Source: Candidatus Uhrbacteria bacterium
GTDB taxonomy: Bacteria > Patescibacteriota > Patescibacteriia > UBA9934 > GWF2-40-263
Reading direction: 5' to 3'
Length of the DNA stretch: 64,000 nucleotides
Assembly (NCBI GenBank): GCA_016205975.1
Contig: JACQSK010000015.1
Coordinates: 10,624 to 74,623 of the forward strand
Shown: piece by piece, positions 9,856 through 18,015 of the stretch
How positions within the stretch are numbered: the stretch's first letter is position 1
Layout: each line of letters starts with the position of its first letter
Made by a program: the position numbers and the translations under genes
Notes under the pieces: model-generated
What the model was told of the DNA's origin: nothing
Database searches by the model: none
The model's input: the letters and a program-made list of their open reading frames with translations, nothing else

Positions 9856-9931
9856 GGGCTCGTGGAGGTAATGGTAACCTCACCTGCTTTGACAACAGAA
9901 GTTGCCGGTTCGAATCCGGTCGGGTCCACCA
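9856..9931 (+). tRNA. Atypical tRNA or tRNA-like gene; identity ambiguous (Val-GAC fits best; central triplet of a 7-nt loop would be UGA)
   Basis: 7-bp acceptor GGGCTCG/CGGGTCC + ACCA; D arm GAGGT-AATGGTA-ACCTC; T arm GCCGG-TTCGAAT-CCGGT; anticodon stem CCTGC/ACAGA has two C-A mismatches. Confidence 0.8.
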
Positions 9932-9943
9932 TGATCCGGGTCC

Positions 9944-9980
9944 ACACCAAATCCGTCTCACGCGGACGGTTTGGTGTTTC
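9944..9980 (+). terminator. Hairpin terminator after the tRNA-like gene
   Basis: ACACCAAA(9944-9951)...TCCG/CGGA...TTTGGTGT(9970-9977), followed by T-rich sequence. Confidence 0.6.
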
Positions 9981-10032
9981 TGGAGTTTTCTTTCTGGAGT
10001 TTTCTTTTCGACTTTGTTAAGCTCTCCCCACT

Positions 10033-11361
10033 ATGAATCTCGTCATGATAGGAACCGGCTATGTGGGGCTTACCACCGGCGTTGGGTTTGCCACGCTTGG
10101 GCACCAGGTGGCCTGCGTGGATATTGATGCGGGGAAAGTCGCGCGGCTGGATCGCGGGGAGGTCCCCTTTTATGAGCCGGGCCTTCAGGAGGCTCTGAAA
10201 CACGTCCAGGAAAAAGGACGCATCTTATTTACGTCTGATTTGAAAAGCGTCATCGGCGGCGCCGAGGTCGTGATGATCGCGGTGGGCACGCCGCCCAAGA
10301 GTTCGGGCGAGGCGGATTTGACCGCGCTATTTGCCGTGGCAGACCAGATCGGGAGCGTGTTGGATCATGAGGCCGTCATCGCGACCAAGAGCACCGTGCC
10401 CGTGGGCACCAACCGGATCGTCCTTGCGCGTGTGCGCGAAGCGATGCGCGCGGCCGGACGCGAGGAGCTTACGAGTCTTATCAACATCGTGTCCATTCCC
10501 GAGTTCCTGCGCGAGGGCTCGGCGTTTGAAGATTTTCTGCAGCCGGACCGCCTGGTGATCGGCTCGGACGATCGCGTCGCGGCACAGATCACCGAGCGCT
10601 TGCATCGTGACATCATCGCGCCCAGGGTGATGACCTCGCTTGAATCTGCGGAGCTCATCAAGTACGCGGCCAACGCGTTTCTCGCCACCAAGATTTCCTT
10701 CATCAATGAAATCGCCAACCTCGCCGACCGCGTGGGCGCGGATGTGCGCCACGTCGCCGAGGGTCTCGGGCATGACCACCGCATCGGTCCGCATTTTTTG
10801 AAAGCGGGCGTGGGATACGGCGGGTCGTGTTTTCCCAAAGACGTTTCCGCGCTCGAGCAAATCTCCGGCGCTCATGGGTATGCCTTCAAGCTGCTCTCCG
10901 CAGTGATCGAAGTGAATAATCGCCAGCGCGAGATGTTTTTTAAGCGCCTGGTGGAAGAGCTTGGTGGCGTGAGAGGGCGGCGCGTGGCCGTATGGGGGTT
11001 GGCCTTCAAAGCGCAGACGGACGATATTCGCGAGTCGGCGGGAATTGAGATCGCCCAGCGGCTGCACGCCACGGGAGCGGAGCTGTGCGTCTATGACCCG
11101 CAAGCGATGAACAACGCGCGCGCGGTCCTGTCGCCGCACGTTGAGTTCGCGCCCACGGCCATGGACGCCGCAGAGGGCGCGGACGCGCTGGTGGTCCTCA
11201 CCGAGTGGCCGGAGTTCCGCGAAGTGTCTTTTTCCACGCTGCACGACCGCATGCTCGAACCCAGGATTTTTGACGGCCGCAACCATCTTGCGGACCTGCA
11301 TCTGGAGAACCAAGGATTTATCTATCGCGGCGTGGGCTTGGGGAGCTATGCGTCTGCATGA
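10033..11361 (+). CDS. ugd: UDP-glucose 6-dehydrogenase
   Basis: IGTGYVGL, AVGTP, KSTVPVGT, PEFLREG, GYGGSCFPKD, GLAFK. Confidence 0.95.
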   Translation: MNLVMIGTGYVGLTTGVGFATLGHQVACVDIDAGKVARLDRGEVPFYEPGLQEALKHVQEKGRILFTSDLKSVIGGAEVVMIAVGTPPKSSGEADLTALFAVADQIGSVLDHEAVIATKSTVPVGTNRIVLARVREAMRAAGREELTSLINIVSIPEFLREGSAFEDFLQPDRLVIGSDDRVAAQITERLHRDIIAPRVMTSLESAELIKYAANAFLATKISFINEIANLADRVGADVRHVAEGLGHDHRIGPHFLKAGVGYGGSCFPKDVSALEQISGAHGYAFKLLSAVIEVNNRQREMFFKRLVEELGGVRGRRVAVWGLAFKAQTDDIRESAGIEIAQRLHATGAELCVYDPQAMNNARAVLSPHVEFAPTAMDAAEGADALVVLTEWPEFREVSFSTLHDRMLEPRIFDGRNHLADLHLENQGFIYRGVGLGSYASA

Positions 11362-12820
11362 GGTGCTCAGCTCTCCCTCTAAGACACTCGCCATTTCGTT
11401 GGCGGTGTTTTGTTTTGGCATCCTGCTCGCCCGCGCGGTTCCCGTCTCCTGGTGGCAGGCGTTCTTTCTCTTGGCGGTTGTGCTGTGTGCGCTGTGTCTG
11501 ATCGTGAGACGCCGCGAGCTCCGGTTCCTCTTCGCGCTCGCCGCGATTTTTTTCTTCGCCCTGTTCCGCTTCACCTCCGCCATGACACCGTCCATGGTCC
11601 TCTCGCTCGCCGATGTCCCGAGCGCAGCCGCACGCGTGGAAGGCGTTGTCGCGGGACAGGTCGAGCGACGCGCGAACACGACTCGGGTCGTGCTCGAACA
11701 AGTCGTGGTCGGTCGTGATGCGCGTGCGGGCAAACTGCTCGTGTGGGCGCCGCTGTATCCGGAGATTCCTTTTGGCGCGCGCCTGGTGTTCAACTGCCGC
11801 ATCGCTCCGCCCGAGCCGATCGAAGGATTTGCCTATGACCGGTATCTGGAGAGCCAAGGGATTTTGGCCGTGTGTCTGCGGCCCGAGTATATCGACGTGA
11901 TCCCCTCGGAGTCGTTTTCTGTCGTGGGCGCGCTGCTCATGGTGAGAGACGCTGCCGTGCATCGCCTAGAACAGTCGGTGCCCGAACCGCACGCTTCGTT
12001 TCTGACGGGTCTCTTGTTGGGAGGGAGCTCGTCGCTCTCGCGTGAGCTGAAAGACGACTTTGCCGCGACGGGGACCTCGCACATCCTCGCCGCGTCCGGG
12101 TTCAACGTCTCTCTGTTCTCGCTCACGTTCCTTTCGTGGATCCTCACCACCCGCATCGGCCGCCGGCGCGGACTGCTCTTGGCGACCTTTCTGATCGTGA
12201 GCTATGTCCTCATGGCCGGGGCGACGCCCGCGGTGGTGCGTGCCGGGATCATGGGCGGCGTGGTGATCGTGTCCAAGTGGATTTCGCGCAAAGCGTACCT
12301 CGTGAACGTCTTGCTCGCGACCGCGAGCGTGATGCTCCTCATAGACCCGCTCGTCCTGAGCGACGTCGGGTTCCAGCTTTCGTTTGCGGCGACCGCGGGG
12401 ATCATCGCCCTGACCGACCGCGTGAGCGAGCGCCTCTCGTTTATTCCAGACCTGTTCGCGCTACGCACATCCTTTGCCGCGTCGCTGTGTGCCATCCTCG
12501 TTACGCTTCCAATCGTGCTCTGGCAGTTCGGCACCGTATCCTTGGTGGCACCATTCGTGAATCTCCTCGTCCTTCCGCTGGTTCCCTATGCAATGTGGCT
12601 GACCCTGCTCGCACTGGGAGCTGTGACTGTTTTTGGAACGCTAGTTCAGGCTGTGTTCATCCCTGCATGGGCCCTGTCCTCCTTCATGCTCTTTGTCATC
12701 TCCGCCTTCGGCGCGCTTCCGTTTGCCCTTGTGGAACCTGCCTATGCACAGATCCTCGCGGCTTTCGTGGCCGCGGTGCTCGTCGCATTTTTTCTCCGTC
12801 ATCGCTATGCCTCGCGTTAA
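11348..12820 (+). CDS. comEC: ComEC/Rec2 competence membrane protein (OB + competence domain)
   Basis: F.YDRYL, TGTSHILAASGFNV, PAVVRAGIMG, DVGFQLSFAAT; start at ATG 11348. Confidence 0.9.
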   Translation: MRLHEVLSSPSKTLAISLAVFCFGILLARAVPVSWWQAFFLLAVVLCALCLIVRRRELRFLFALAAIFFFALFRFTSAMTPSMVLSLADVPSAAARVEGVVAGQVERRANTTRVVLEQVVVGRDARAGKLLVWAPLYPEIPFGARLVFNCRIAPPEPIEGFAYDRYLESQGILAVCLRPEYIDVIPSESFSVVGALLMVRDAAVHRLEQSVPEPHASFLTGLLLGGSSSLSRELKDDFAATGTSHILAASGFNVSLFSLTFLSWILTTRIGRRRGLLLATFLIVSYVLMAGATPAVVRAGIMGGVVIVSKWISRKAYLVNVLLATASVMLLIDPLVLSDVGFQLSFAATAGIIALTDRVSERLSFIPDLFALRTSFAASLCAILVTLPIVLWQFGTVSLVAPFVNLLVLPLVPYAMWLTLLALGAVTVFGTLVQAVFIPAWALSSFMLFVISAFGALPFALVEPAYAQILAAFVAAVLVAFFLRHRYASR

Positions 12821-13712
12821 GCCGCATCACCCCCTCATCGACGCGCGCAGCGTGCACGGCGTGCTGCTCGTCAGCGCCACGCTGTTGTTTTCTTTTGGCC
12901 TCTGGATCGTGCACAGCGCGCAGCCGTTTCCCTGGCAAGAGTGGCCGCTCAAAGTTTGGATGTTGGACGTGGGCCAAGGCGATGCGCTCTTCATCGAGTT
13001 TCCCACGGGCGAGCAGATGCTCGTGGACGGCGGACCCGACAACGCCGTGCTCGAGCGCCTCGGAAGCGTGCTTGCGCCCTGGGATCGCACGCTCAACGCC
13101 GTCGTCCTCACGCACCCGGATGCCGATCATGTGACGGGCATCATCGCCGTTCTCGACCGCTACCGTGTGGGCACGGTTTACGAGAGTGGCGTGGGGGCGC
13201 ACACGCCGTTTGGGGCTGCGTACGAGGCGCGCAAAGAAGGCGCGGGGAGGCTCGAGCAGATCGCCTTGGGCGACGTCATTGCGGTGGGCGAGGTGACACT
13301 CACGGTGTTGTGGCCGGAGGAAACGCAGGAGGGGCGCTACCCGGAAACGCGCAATAACCTCTCGGTGAACTTCCTGCTCGAGTACGGCGACACGTCCATG
13401 CTCTTCACAGGCGACGCCGAGCAGGACGTCGAGGCTTTCGTGGCTCCGCGCGCAAAGGACATCGACGTCTTGAAGGTCGGCCATCACGGCAGTCTCACCT
13501 CTACAAGCTGGAAGCTCCTCGAACTCACGCAGCCGGAGATCGCGCTCATCTCGGCGGGGAAGGATAATGCCTATGGCCATCCTCATCCCGTCGTGCTTGA
13601 TCGCCTTGAGAGGTTCGGCGCGCAGATTTTCCGAACGGACATGGACGGCGACATCTTGCTGACATCCTTTGGCGGCGAGCCCAGCGTTGACGCTCGCACC
13701 TTGCCGTTCTAG
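12807..13712 (+). CDS. Metallo-beta-lactamase-fold nuclease, separately encoded ComEC C-terminal domain
   Basis: LDVGQGDA, LVDGG, LTHPDADH, NNLS, FTGD, LKVGHHGS, NAYGHP; N-terminal TM segment. Confidence 0.9.
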   Translation: MPRVKPHHPLIDARSVHGVLLVSATLLFSFGLWIVHSAQPFPWQEWPLKVWMLDVGQGDALFIEFPTGEQMLVDGGPDNAVLERLGSVLAPWDRTLNAVVLTHPDADHVTGIIAVLDRYRVGTVYESGVGAHTPFGAAYEARKEGAGRLEQIALGDVIAVGEVTLTVLWPEETQEGRYPETRNNLSVNFLLEYGDTSMLFTGDAEQDVEAFVAPRAKDIDVLKVGHHGSLTSTSWKLLELTQPEIALISAGKDNAYGHPHPVVLDRLERFGAQIFRTDMDGDILLTSFGGEPSVDARTLPF

Positions 13713-13744
13713 TGGAGTCGTGATAGTTTTTGTGCAACAAATCT

Positions 13745-14212
13745 ATGCCAGACAAACAACAGACACTCGTCTTACTCAAACCCGATGCGCTCCAGCGCGA
13801 TCTCTTGGGTGAGATTATTCGCCGCTTTGAAATGAAGGGACTCAAAATCGTTGGTCTCAAGTTCGTGCGTCTGACTGAGGCACTCCTGGAGGAGCATTAT
13901 GCACACCTTGCCGACAAGCCGTTTTTTGCGAGCTTGAAACAGTTCATGATGCAGACGCCCGTGGTGGGCCTTGTCTTGGAAGGTTATGACGCGGTTGCCG
14001 AAATCCGTAAAGTCGTCGGCTCAACAAACCCCCGCGCGGCCGACGCCGGTACGATCCGCGCGGACTTCTCCATGAACATGCCTTCCAACCTGATTCACGC
14101 ATCCGACTCTCCCGAGTCGGCCGAGACGGAGATCAAACGATTCTTCAAGGACGACGAGCTCTTTTCCTACGAGAAAATCACGGATCGCTATATTTTTGGA
14201 GAAGGCGTCTAA
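13745..14212 (+). CDS. ndk: Nucleoside-diphosphate kinase
   Basis: TLVLLKPDA, GTIRADF, NLIHASDS (catalytic His). Confidence 0.96.
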   Translation: MPDKQQTLVLLKPDALQRDLLGEIIRRFEMKGLKIVGLKFVRLTEALLEEHYAHLADKPFFASLKQFMMQTPVVGLVLEGYDAVAEIRKVVGSTNPRAADAGTIRADFSMNMPSNLIHASDSPESAETEIKRFFKDDELFSYEKITDRYIFGEGV

Positions 14213-14260
14213 CTGTGTAAAACTTCTGGATGAACGAGGGATAACGTACCCTTGCGCGGC

Positions 14261-14288
14261 TTGCGGCATTTTGAGAGCATGGTACATT
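14261..14288 (+). promoter_or_regulatory. Extended -10 promoter for the 14295 RNA
   Basis: TTGCGG(14261-14266)-16 bp-TACATT(14283-14288) with TG upstream; expected +1 near G14295. Confidence 0.55.
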
Positions 14289-14294
14289 TAGATT

Positions 14295-14547
14295 GCCTTA
14301 CGGTCAGATGGGTGTGTCCCATGAACAAACCTTACCCACGGTCCGGGAATGCCAAGCTTCGGCAGGGCAATAGGACCTTACGGTTTGAACCCACTGTTGA
14401 CGTCGACATGGTGGATACGACAAGCTGCCATCATCGCGCAACAACAGGACTGATACGGAACCCGAGGAAACGGCTAAGAGGGTTATCCGTCGCAACCGCA
14501 CTCTGCACCAACCTTATCTGGGCCACCCATTTTTCCGTAGGGCGCCA
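14295..14547 (+). ncRNA. Putative structured ncRNA (253 nt) with long terminal helix and 3' GCCA
   Basis: GCCTTACGG/CCGTAGGGC and AGATGGGTG/CACCCATTT end pairing; internal stems CAAACC/GGTTTG, GGTCC/GGACC, CCAC/GTGG, ACGGA-ACCC/GGGTT-TCCGT; bounded by promoter and terminator. Confidence 0.55.
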
Positions 14548-14553
14548 AAAATG

Positions 14554-14587
14554 AAACCACTCTTCGAACCATTCGGAGAGTGGTTTT
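14554..14587. terminator. Strong, probably bidirectional terminator hairpin
   Basis: AAACCACTCTTCGAA...TTCGGAGAGTGGTTT, with T runs available on both strands. Confidence 0.75.
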
Positions 14588-14589
14588 GT

Positions 14590-15040
14590 GTGAGGCGTCT
14601 TTTCAATCGCTCTCATTTCAGGCAATCTGTGACGTAATGAGCCATCAATTCCAATGAGCCATCGATTCAAAGGACCTTTCAAAGACTAGCCATAGCTTCA
14701 GCGATGGCTGGCAGGGGCGTTCCTGAGGTGAGCGCGTACTTCGTCTCTCGGGTAGACCCAAAGGCCTCATCCTAGACTGCGCCAACGCTTTCCGTCATCC
14801 TAACGACGAGTCCTCGAAAAGTAAGGATCCCATTTCCGAGCGTGCGATCCACAACGCGATCCCTCACTCCCTACGAGATAACGGACAATGAACCATAGCC
14901 CACCATGTCTCCTATGCGCCCCTTTCTTGAAAACCCATTCACCCCAGAACCCAAGACCCCACGCCGCATCGGTACCCTGGCCGCGTGCGGCGGGCGAACG
15001 CATCGACCTCGGCCGCGCATGGGGCTTGTTCTCAATTAAA
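14590..15040 (-). ncRNA. Putative structured minus-strand ncRNA (~450 nt), ends uncertain
   Basis: Many hairpins; four have G-U pairs on the minus strand but A-C mismatches on the plus strand; no credible ORF. Confidence 0.4.
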
Positions 15041-15084
15041 ACAGTTCACCACGAAAGGCTGATACAGCCTTTTTTCTTATCGCA

Positions 15085-15110
15085 AAAAACCGCCCACGGG
15101 ATGTGAGCGG
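15085..15110 (-). terminator. Intrinsic terminator of nadE
   Basis: Minus strand CCGCTCAC-ATCCC-GTGGGCGG-TTTTTT just after the nadE stop. Confidence 0.75.
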
Positions 15111-15125
15111 TCGAAGGTGACTACG

Positions 15126-17051
15126 CTATGACCGCATCCACGACCGGTCTTGCACGACCGGCAGTTGCAAGGCGCGTTCGCGGTCCAGGTCGAGGCTGCC
15201 CAGGTGGGCGCACAGCGGCGTCTGCACCCACTTGAAAATGGAGTTCAGGAACAGCCGTGCGAAGCGGTCGACCCACTCGGGGATCCGGGGTTCATCGCTC
15301 CACATCTGTTGGAGCACGACCTTGACCTCCTCGATGGTCATTTTCTCGCCCACGAACAGGGCGAAGCAGGCATCGAGGATCGGGAAGGGCATGAGGTCGT
15401 TTTCATCCGACTGGCCGTCCTGCAGTTCGGCCGATGCCGTGCTCGTGTCCAGAACCGAGAGGATCCACAGGCCTGTCTTCTCATACCACCAGCGGAGGAA
15501 TTCGATCACGACCGTCTTGGGCAGGTTCGCGATGAGACCGTAGGCACCCATCATGTCCCCGCCGATGGTCGTATAGCCGACAGCCTTCTCGCTCATATTG
15601 GACGTCTGCAGCCACAGACCCTGGCACTCGTTGGCTAGGTTCCACATCCGCTCGCCGCGCACGCGCGCTTGGATGTTCTGTTCCACCTGGGGGCTGAGCG
15701 TTTGTGTGTTGAGAGTCGCCATGAGGGCTGCGCGTTCTTGCTGCACGGCTTCGTGGATGGGGGAGACGAGGAGCGTTACGCCCAGGTCGTCGCAGACCCG
15801 GCGCGAGATTGAGCGTGTTTCCTGCGAGTTGTGGACGCTTGGCATGTCCACGCACCAAATCATCTCGCGCAGGAATGCAGAGCGCTCTTCACCCACAAGT
15901 CCGCGCCGCGCCGCCTCTTGCTCTACGGCTCGATGGACAAGCAGGAGCGTCAGGCAGGAATCCTTCCCGCCCGAGAGGGCGATGAGGAACCGCTTGAACG
16001 CGCCGGACTTTTCAAAGTAGTCCCAGGCGGCTAGGGGGATGACGAGAGCGAGGTCCTCGAAGTAGCGATCGCGCGCGCTTGTGGGCTTCTCTGATTCCGG
16101 AAGGAAGAAGCTCTTGTGTGCGGGGGCGGGGTAGGGGAGACTCGAGTCGGGAACGGCCACGGCCTTGAGGGCGTCATCGGTGATGAGAGCGGTGCGCTTG
16201 TGGAGCGCCAAGTATTGCTGGGCGCTGCGCCGCCAGGTTGTGTTCTCGTTTCTCATGCGTCGTACGCGGTCGAGGTCGACCACGCACGCTTCCCAGCCCA
16301 CGCGGCCGCGCGTGGCGTCCATGCACAGTCGGCCGCACTGGTTCACACAGCCGCCGCCGTCGAAGACGAGGCTGTCCTGCGCGCCCACGAGGTTGGCGTA
16401 GACGACCGTCGCACAGTTGTCGCTGGCGCGCGTGGCGATCATCTCGCGGCGCGTGTTCGTGATGCCGATATGAAACGGCGAGGCACTGATGTTGACGACG
16501 ACCTCCGCGCCGGAAAACGCGCGACGCACCATAGGGCCATCTGGGCGCCAGAGGTCTTCGCAGACTTCCAGCGCGAGCTTGCCAAACCCCAGCTCGAAGA
16601 TCATGTCGCCGATAGGGATCGCGCCTACGCTTTCACGCATACCGATCGAGCCGGACGTGACCGTGCGTCCTTCGTAGAAGACGTTGTAGTCGGGGAGGTT
16701 CTCCTTGGGGACCAGTCCTACCACGCGTCCGTCAGCCAAGAGCGCGGCGACGTTGTAGAGATGGCCGTCCAGGGGAACCGTGAGGCCGACCACTACGGCC
16801 ATGTCTTTCGTAACACTCTCTCCCAGCGTGCGGGCAAGCCGCTCGAGCTCGACGCCTTGCTGGTCAACGAAGCTCGACCACTGCACAAGGTCCTCGCAGG
16901 GATATCCTGAAACCGACAGCTCGCCGAAGGCCGCAATCTGACAGCCCGTTTGGGCCATATCGTGTGCCTGTCCGAGGATGGCGTCGACGTTCTTCCTGAA
17001 CGCGCCGACCGTTGGGTTCACGTTGCCGATGCCGATTTGGACGAGGCGCAT
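15126..17051 (-). CDS. nadE: Glutamine-dependent NAD+ synthetase
   Basis: Nitrilase-type glutaminase (FGELSVSGYPCED, VPKENLPDY, EVCEDLW) fused to synthetase (ALSGGKDS, QNIQARVRG, NMSEKAVGYTT); AGGAG upstream. Confidence 0.93.
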   Translation of the reverse strand: MRLVQIGIGNVNPTVGAFRKNVDAILGQAHDMAQTGCQIAAFGELSVSGYPCEDLVQWSSFVDQQGVELERLARTLGESVTKDMAVVVGLTVPLDGHLYNVAALLADGRVVGLVPKENLPDYNVFYEGRTVTSGSIGMRESVGAIPIGDMIFELGFGKLALEVCEDLWRPDGPMVRRAFSGAEVVVNISASPFHIGITNTRREMIATRASDNCATVVYANLVGAQDSLVFDGGGCVNQCGRLCMDATRGRVGWEACVVDLDRVRRMRNENTTWRRSAQQYLALHKRTALITDDALKAVAVPDSSLPYPAPAHKSFFLPESEKPTSARDRYFEDLALVIPLAAWDYFEKSGAFKRFLIALSGGKDSCLTLLLVHRAVEQEAARRGLVGEERSAFLREMIWCVDMPSVHNSQETRSISRRVCDDLGVTLLVSPIHEAVQQERAALMATLNTQTLSPQVEQNIQARVRGERMWNLANECQGLWLQTSNMSEKAVGYTTIGGDMMGAYGLIANLPKTVVIEFLRWWYEKTGLWILSVLDTSTASAELQDGQSDENDLMPFPILDACFALFVGEKMTIEEVKVVLQQMWSDEPRIPEWVDRFARLFLNSIFKWVQTPLCAHLGSLDLDRERALQLPVVQDRSWMRS

Positions 17052-17247
17052 AGGAGACTCCTAAAGAAGTTCAATTTCGAACAAGGGCCGAGGAAGGAGA
17101 GGGCCGCGAGGTTCATCATGGGCGTGGGGGACGCGTCCTGTCAAATCGAAGTCATTTGAGACCTACGCGAAAAGCAGATCGCCATTTGAAAACCACCCTG
17201 AGCGAGCTCGGTTCAGGGACCGAGTCGAAGGGTGGTGTGTTGTCGTG

Positions 17248-17880
17248 TCAGGCGGCGCGGGCGCGGTGGTAGTCCAGCTCGGCATCACGAGCCACGCGGC
17301 GGGCGGTGGAACGGATGATGAGCGCGGTGGTTGCGATCCCTCCGATGACCGCGCCGATCACGAGCAGGATCACGAGGAGCTTGCCCTTGTCGTCGCCCTT
17401 GAAGAAGGACGACACGCCCGAGAAGGCGCTGGGTACGTTGCGCAGGCCCGAGCCGATGTTGTAGATCTGGGCGAAGGTGTTCCACCCGGCGATGGCGCCG
17501 TTCTTGAGCGAGCGCTCCCGGTAGAAGTGCGCCCAGCTCTGGAGCGTGATCGCGAGGCCCGAACCGACGATCGGGAAGTAGACCACGAGGTATCCGAGCT
17601 CCAAGGACGCCTTGGCCATCGCCTCGCTCACGAGCGGGGCCGTGACGGCTTGCACCCCTTCCCCGTCGGTGATGGGGATGAAGGTTCCCCCTACGACGAG
17701 CACGATCAGGTAGCACCAGGTGAACCCCGATGCCGACATGATGGCGCCCATCCAGTTCATGAAGTGGGCGAACCCTCCGACCGCCCTGGTTTCGTTCCAG
17801 GCGCGGCCGCAGCTCCAGGCGTTGAACCAGGAGATGGCGAAGTTGAGCACGAACATGAATGCAACGAGGGCCAAGACCAT
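17248..17880 (-). CDS. Hypothetical integral membrane protein
   Basis: 210 aa with 4-5 TM segments; GGGAG before ATG; own promoter and downstream hairpin (17190-17240). Confidence 0.75.
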   Translation of the reverse strand: MVLALVAFMFVLNFAISWFNAWSCGRAWNETRAVGGFAHFMNWMGAIMSASGFTWCYLIVLVVGGTFIPITDGEGVQAVTAPLVSEAMAKASLELGYLVVYFPIVGSGLAITLQSWAHFYRERSLKNGAIAGWNTFAQIYNIGSGLRNVPSAFSGVSSFFKGDDKGKLLVILLVIGAVIGGIATTALIIRSTARRVARDAELDYHRARAA

Positions 17881-17912
17881 GGGATCTCCCAGCCGTTGAT
17901 TTCGGCGCCGAC

Positions 17913-17989
17913 ATCATGCTCGTTTTTTGGAAAATTGTCAATGGCCTTTTGGAAGATTGTTTGACGTGCGCGGCAGAACGTGATAGCCT
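17913..17989. promoter_or_regulatory. Divergent promoter pair
   Basis: Minus: TTGACA(17941-17936)-17 bp-CATGAT; plus: TTGACG(17961-17966)-17 bp-TAGCCT. Confidence 0.55.
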
Positions 17990-18015
17990 GGCCCCTCGTT
18001 TCTCAAGGAGTCGAG

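Noticed and set aside
9883-9899. On the minus strand the anticodon arm pairs fully around UGUCAAA (central UCA), hinting at a UGA-reading tRNA
   Set aside because: The T-loop, D-loop GG and CCA are all on the plus strand, and TGA is used as a stop throughout the window
9819-10127. 102-aa ORF over the tRNA
   Set aside because: TTG start inside a hairpin; overlaps the tRNA and ugd; no protein features
11348-13712. Split comEC as a frameshifted pseudogene
   Set aside because: The second ORF has its own CT-ATG start and TM anchor; two-gene ComEC is a common arrangement
14449-14472. CTGATA...GAAAC resembling a hammerhead core, and GAGGAAAC resembling RNase P CR-I
   Set aside because: The CUGAnGA core is not matched and the required stems are absent; GAGGAAAGUC and the 3' P4 partner are missing
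14679-15020. Minus-strand frame from ATG 15020 that stays open for about 113 codons if two TAG codons are read through
   Set aside because: No recognisable protein; TAG ends several real genes here (rpsL, rpsC, rplN), so recoding is unsupported; RNA structure explains the region better
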